Source of the DNA: Nitrospiraceae bacterium UBA2600
GTDB taxonomy: Bacteria; Nitrospirota; Thermodesulfovibrionia; Thermodesulfovibrionales; Thermodesulfovibrionaceae
Direction: 5' to 3'
NCBI GenBank assembly: GCA_002339325.1
Contig: DDKK01000031.1
Coordinates: 22,632 to 86,631, forward strand
Length of the DNA stretch: 64,000 bases
Position numbers and translations under genes: made by a program. This document shows positions 60,702 to 64,000 of this stretch, one piece after another. Each line of letters starts with the position of its first letter. Within the stretch, counting starts at the first letter, position 1. A model generated the notes under the pieces. That model searched no databases. It saw only the letters and a program-made list of their open reading frames with translations, and was not told the origin of the DNA.

Positions 60702-62203
60702 AAGCTGTTTTAGCAAAAGAGGAAAAAAACTGGATAAACAGCGTGATTAAGGAAGAAGAGATAGAGAAATATATGGAAGACGGAAGGGACTTCATAAATG
60801 ATGAGGAAATCTGGGAGAAACTAAAGCAAAATCAGAATCCAGAACCATCCCGAATATGGGATATACTTCAGAAATCCCTTTCAATTGAAACACTTCTTCC
60901 CGATGAGACAGCAGCTTTGCTTAATCTTAAAGACCCGGAACTCTGGCAAGAGGTTTTTGATGTAGCAGCAAAGGTAAAGAAAAAGGTTTATGACAACAGA
61001 ATTGTCACATTCGCACCTCTTTACTGCGGAAATCTATGTGTGAATAACTGCGTTTACTGTGGTTTCAGAAGAGACAATCATGTGATTAAAAGAAAGGTGC
61101 TAACTCTTGAAGAAGTAAAAAGAGAGGCAGAGGTGCTTGCTGGTGAGATAGGACATAAAAGACTTATTGTTGTTTACGGTGAGCATCCTGCAACTGGAGC
61201 TCATTACATAAGAGACACGATAGAAACTATTTACTCTGTCAAGGTAATGACAAAGAACGGATACGGTCAGATAAGAAGGGTTAATGTGAATGCCGCACCA
61301 ATGAGCATAGATGAGTTAAAGATGCTTAAGGAAGTTGGAATCGGCACATATCAGGTTTTTCAGGAGACTTATCATCATGACACATACGCAAAGCTTCATC
61401 CTAAGGGAACAATTAAACATCACTATCAGTGGAGGCTTTACTGTCATCACAGAGCACTTGAAGCGGGAGTTGATGATGTGGCATTGGGAGTGCTTTTTGG
61501 ACTTTATGACTGGAGATTTGAGGTTATGGGGTTACTTTATCATGCAAGGGAGCTTGAGAAACGGTTCGGAATTGGTCCACATACAATTTCTTTCCCACGG
61601 CTTGAGCCTGCAGCAAACACTCCCTTTGTGCAGGAGACAAGATATAAAGTTTCCGATGAGGATTTCAAAAAAATCATTGCAGTGATAAGACTTTCTGTTC
61701 CCTACACTGGTATGATTCTTACTGCCCGAGAGCCTGCTCACATAAGAAGAGAAATCATTGCTTCAGGAATGATAACCCAGACAGATGCATCCACAAAAAT
61801 AGGAATAGGAGCATACTCTGACAGATACACAGAACAGGAGCTTGAGCGACAGCAGTTTGAGATTGGAGACTCCCGTAGCCTTGACGAAGTAATCAGAGAA
61901 CTTGCAGAGATGGGCTTTATTACAAGCTTTTGCACAGCCGGTTATAGATGTGGAAGAACAGGAGATAGAATAATGAGTTTGCTTAAATCAGGAAAGGAGG
62001 CGATATTTTGTAAACTCAATGCAGTGCTTACTTTCAGAGAATGGCTTGATGACTTTGCCTCGGAACAGACAAAGGAAGCAGGAGAGAAAGTTATTCAGAA
62101 GGAGCTTGACGAGTTAAAGGCAAAAGTGCCTCATAAAGTTTACAACAAGCTCATTGAATACTACGGGAGGATTAAAAATGGAGAAAGAGACATATATTTC
62201 TAA
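60698..62203 (+). CDS. hydG: [FeFe]-hydrogenase maturase HydG
   Basis: FAPLYCGNLCVNNCVYCGF, FQETYH, GPHTISFPR, SFCTAGYRCGRTG. Confidence 0.96.
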   Translation: MKAVLAKEEKNWINSVIKEEEIEKYMEDGRDFINDEEIWEKLKQNQNPEPSRIWDILQKSLSIETLLPDETAALLNLKDPELWQEVFDVAAKVKKKVYDNRIVTFAPLYCGNLCVNNCVYCGFRRDNHVIKRKVLTLEEVKREAEVLAGEIGHKRLIVVYGEHPATGAHYIRDTIETIYSVKVMTKNGYGQIRRVNVNAAPMSIDELKMLKEVGIGTYQVFQETYHHDTYAKLHPKGTIKHHYQWRLYCHHRALEAGVDDVALGVLFGLYDWRFEVMGLLYHARELEKRFGIGPHTISFPRLEPAANTPFVQETRYKVSDEDFKKIIAVIRLSVPYTGMILTAREPAHIRREIIASGMITQTDASTKIGIGAYSDRYTEQELERQQFEIGDSRSLDEVIRELAEMGFITSFCTAGYRCGRTGDRIMSLLKSGKEAIFCKLNAVLTFREWLDDFASEQTKEAGEKVIQKELDELKAKVPHKVYNKLIEYYGRIKNGERDIYF

Positions 62204-62555
62204 GGAGACTCTTCATTCTGAGCCATCCCCTTTCTGTCACTCTGAGCCTTCCTTCAGTCATTCTGAACCATCCATTTGTCATTCTGAGCCGAAGGCTAAG
62301 AATCTCCTTCTTGAATTAAACAAAATAGCAGAGTTTGTCAAAGAAAAATACAATACCCACATTTGGTTTGTAGAGATAATGGGAAAGAGACACTCATACA
62401 TAGCCGGACACAAAGAAGACTCATTTCTTCCACCAGAGTTAATTTATATCAATGACAGATACGCTGCTGTCTCCAATGAATGGGAGAGAATCACCGAGAA
62501 AGATGAAATCATATCAACCATAAAAATGCTGCTTTCAAAGGAGACAATCCCATGA
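62178..62555 (+). CDS. Hypothetical 125-aa protein with N-terminal (C)HSEP repeat array
   Basis: GGAGG SD at 62166, ATG 62178; overlaps hydG end and hydF start (ATGA). Confidence 0.7.
   Translation: MEKETYISKETLHSEPSPFCHSEPSFSHSEPSICHSEPKAKNLLLELNKIAEFVKEKYNTHIWFVEIMGKRHSYIAGHKEDSFLPPELIYINDRYAAVSNEWERITEKDEIISTIKMLLSKETIP
62211..62309 (+). repeat. Tandem array of TGTCATTCTGAGCC units ending in one complete element
   Basis: Units at 62211, 62235, 62256, 62277 (periods 24/21/21); the last continues GAAGGCTAAGAATCTCCTT. Confidence 0.9.
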
Positions 62556-63823
62556 GTGTGCCAAAAAGTCAGAGACTTCATATAGCTCTCTTTGGAAGGA
62601 CAAATGCAGGAAAATCATCCCTTATAAACGCTCTCACTGGTCAGTCTCTCGCGATTGTATCTGATGTTCCCGGAACAACTACAGACCCTGTAGTAAAAGC
62701 CATGGAGATTCTTCCTCTTGGACCGGTTGTTCTTATTGATACAGCAGGAATTGATGATGTGGGAAAACTTGGTGAATTAAGAAAAAAGAAATCCTATGAG
62801 GTTTTTGATAAGACAGACCTTGTTTTACTTGTAATTGACCCTGAAAAAGGGGTTGGAGAGTTTGAAAGGGAGATAGTGAAAAAAGCAGAAGAAACAGGGA
62901 CTCCCTTGATTTATGTTGTAAATAAAATAGATATCCATCCAGAAGCTAAGAAGTATGAGTTGCCTGAACCTAAGGTTTTAGTAAGTGCTCTGACAGCTGA
63001 AGGCATAGATGAGCTTAAACAGGCTATAGTAAACAATGCTCCAAAGGACTGGACCCTTCCTACCGTCTTGGGAGACTTGATAAATCCCGGAGATGTAGTA
63101 ATATGCGTAATTCCCGTTGACAAGGCTGCACCCAAGGGAAGACTTATACTGCCCCAGCAGATTGTAATAAGAGACATTATTGACAATGAGGCAATCGCCA
63201 TAGTTGTAAAAGAAAGAGAGCTTATTCATGCCCTAAGTTTACTCAATAAAAGACCTTCACTTGTAGTTACTGATGCCTCTGTTTACAATAAAGTTGCAGC
63301 AGATACACCCGCAGACATAAGGCTTACATCATTTTCAATTCTTTTTGCCCGTTACAAAGGAGATTTGCAGACACTTGTTGAGGGTGTTCTAACTGTAAAA
63401 AAACTAAAGCCAGGAGATAAAGTGCTCATAGCAGAGGCATGCACCCATCATCCTGTGGAGGATGACATTGGAAGAGTAAAAATTCCCCGTTGGCTAAGGG
63501 CACAGGTTGGAGGTGAGCTTGAGATTGAGGTAAAAGCTGGTGGTGGTCCACTTCCTGATAATCTCACTGAATACAGTCTCATTGTTCATTGTGGTGCCTG
63601 CATGCTCAATCGAAAGGAGATGCTTAGTAGAATTCTACAGGCTAAGCGGGCTGGTGTTCCTATTGTCAATTATGGTGTGATAATGGCTCACATTCACGGA
63701 GTTCTTCATAGGGCACTTTCTCCTTTTCCACACCTTCAGGGAATGATAGATGAAGCAGAAAAGGAGGTAAAAGCAGAGATAGAAATTTTAAAGAAAATAA
63801 CAGAAAGAGCAATTTATGAATAG
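62552..63823 (+). CDS. hydF: [FeFe]-hydrogenase maturation GTPase HydF
   Basis: GRTNAGKSS, DTAG, NKID, LILPQ, EACTHH, HCGACM. Confidence 0.96.
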   Translation: MSVPKSQRLHIALFGRTNAGKSSLINALTGQSLAIVSDVPGTTTDPVVKAMEILPLGPVVLIDTAGIDDVGKLGELRKKKSYEVFDKTDLVLLVIDPEKGVGEFEREIVKKAEETGTPLIYVVNKIDIHPEAKKYELPEPKVLVSALTAEGIDELKQAIVNNAPKDWTLPTVLGDLINPGDVVICVIPVDKAAPKGRLILPQQIVIRDIIDNEAIAIVVKERELIHALSLLNKRPSLVVTDASVYNKVAADTPADIRLTSFSILFARYKGDLQTLVEGVLTVKKLKPGDKVLIAEACTHHPVEDDIGRVKIPRWLRAQVGGELEIEVKAGGGPLPDNLTEYSLIVHCGACMLNRKEMLSRILQAKRAGVPIVNYGVIMAHIHGVLHRALSPFPHLQGMIDEAEKEVKAEIEILKKITERAIYE

Positions 63824-64000
63824 CCATGAAATTTCGGCTTTAACATCAAGTAAAAATAAGACCTCTCTTAAAGACTGGATACTTTATCTTTTAAGAGAGC
63901 TTCCTTTTGAGGAATTGGCTCGGATGGCTGATGATGTGAGAAAGCAAGTTCACGGAGATACAGTCCATCTTAGAGCAATAATAGAGTTTTCAAACTACTG
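63816..64000 (+). CDS. hydE: Probable HydE radical SAM maturase, N-terminal fragment (truncated by window end)
   Basis: My translation from ATG 63816 ends ...ADDVRKQVHGDTVHLRAIIEFSNY(C), the typical lead-in to the HydE CxxxCxxC; follows hydF. Confidence 0.8.
   Translation, partial: MNSHEISALTSSKNKTSLKDWILYLLRELPFEELARMADDVRKQVHGDTVHLRAIIEFSNY

Noticed and set aside
62211-62309. 21-24-bp periodic array as CRISPR
   Set aside because: Period too short, units degenerate and in-frame, no unique spacers
1016-63229. Many 60-240-aa antisense or alternative-frame ORFs (e.g. 27282..28004, 31522..31992)
   Set aside because: They shadow well-supported genes and show no motifs or RBS

Overview
A 64-kb AT-rich, gene-dense bacterial chromosome segment. 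Gene content (lpx/bam operon, HypF, a Desulfovibrio-type [FeFe]-hydrogenase, TM1266-like regulator, Aquifex-like tRNA nucleotidyltransferase) suggests a thermophilic Gram-negative anaerobe, probably Thermodesulfovibrio-like (inference, not verified). Most of it is housekeeping: rpsP-khpA-trmD-rplS-rnhB, miaA, purE, htpX, feoAB, tilS, hemW, aroC, ftsH-folP, argS, lepA-lepB-ribE, bamA-skp-lpxD-fabZ-lpxA-lpxI, and tRNA-Leu(UAG). No CRISPR array, prophage, integrase or transposase was seen. Most notable: (1) an [FeFe]-hydrogenase operon whose first gene fuses an MvhD/FlpD domain to only the C-terminal 4Fe-4S domain of NuoF/HydB, followed by two different HydA enzymes, a Tat small subunit, two orphan genes and maturases, suggesting an Hdr-coupled [FeFe]-hydrogenase; (2) a dispersed TGTCATTC...GAATCTCC palindromic element inserted in-frame in coding sequences (hypF and a small gene between hydG and hydF); (3) a very AT-rich lone 2TM + Nudix-like gene; (4) two stator pairs flanking a PilZ gene; (5) a probable CC-only adding enzyme, an Nth with a His in place of one Fe-S Cys, a catalytically dead HtrA-like protein, and many apparently leaderless or bidirectional promoters. 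All assignments come from motif recognition by eye; no database searches were run.
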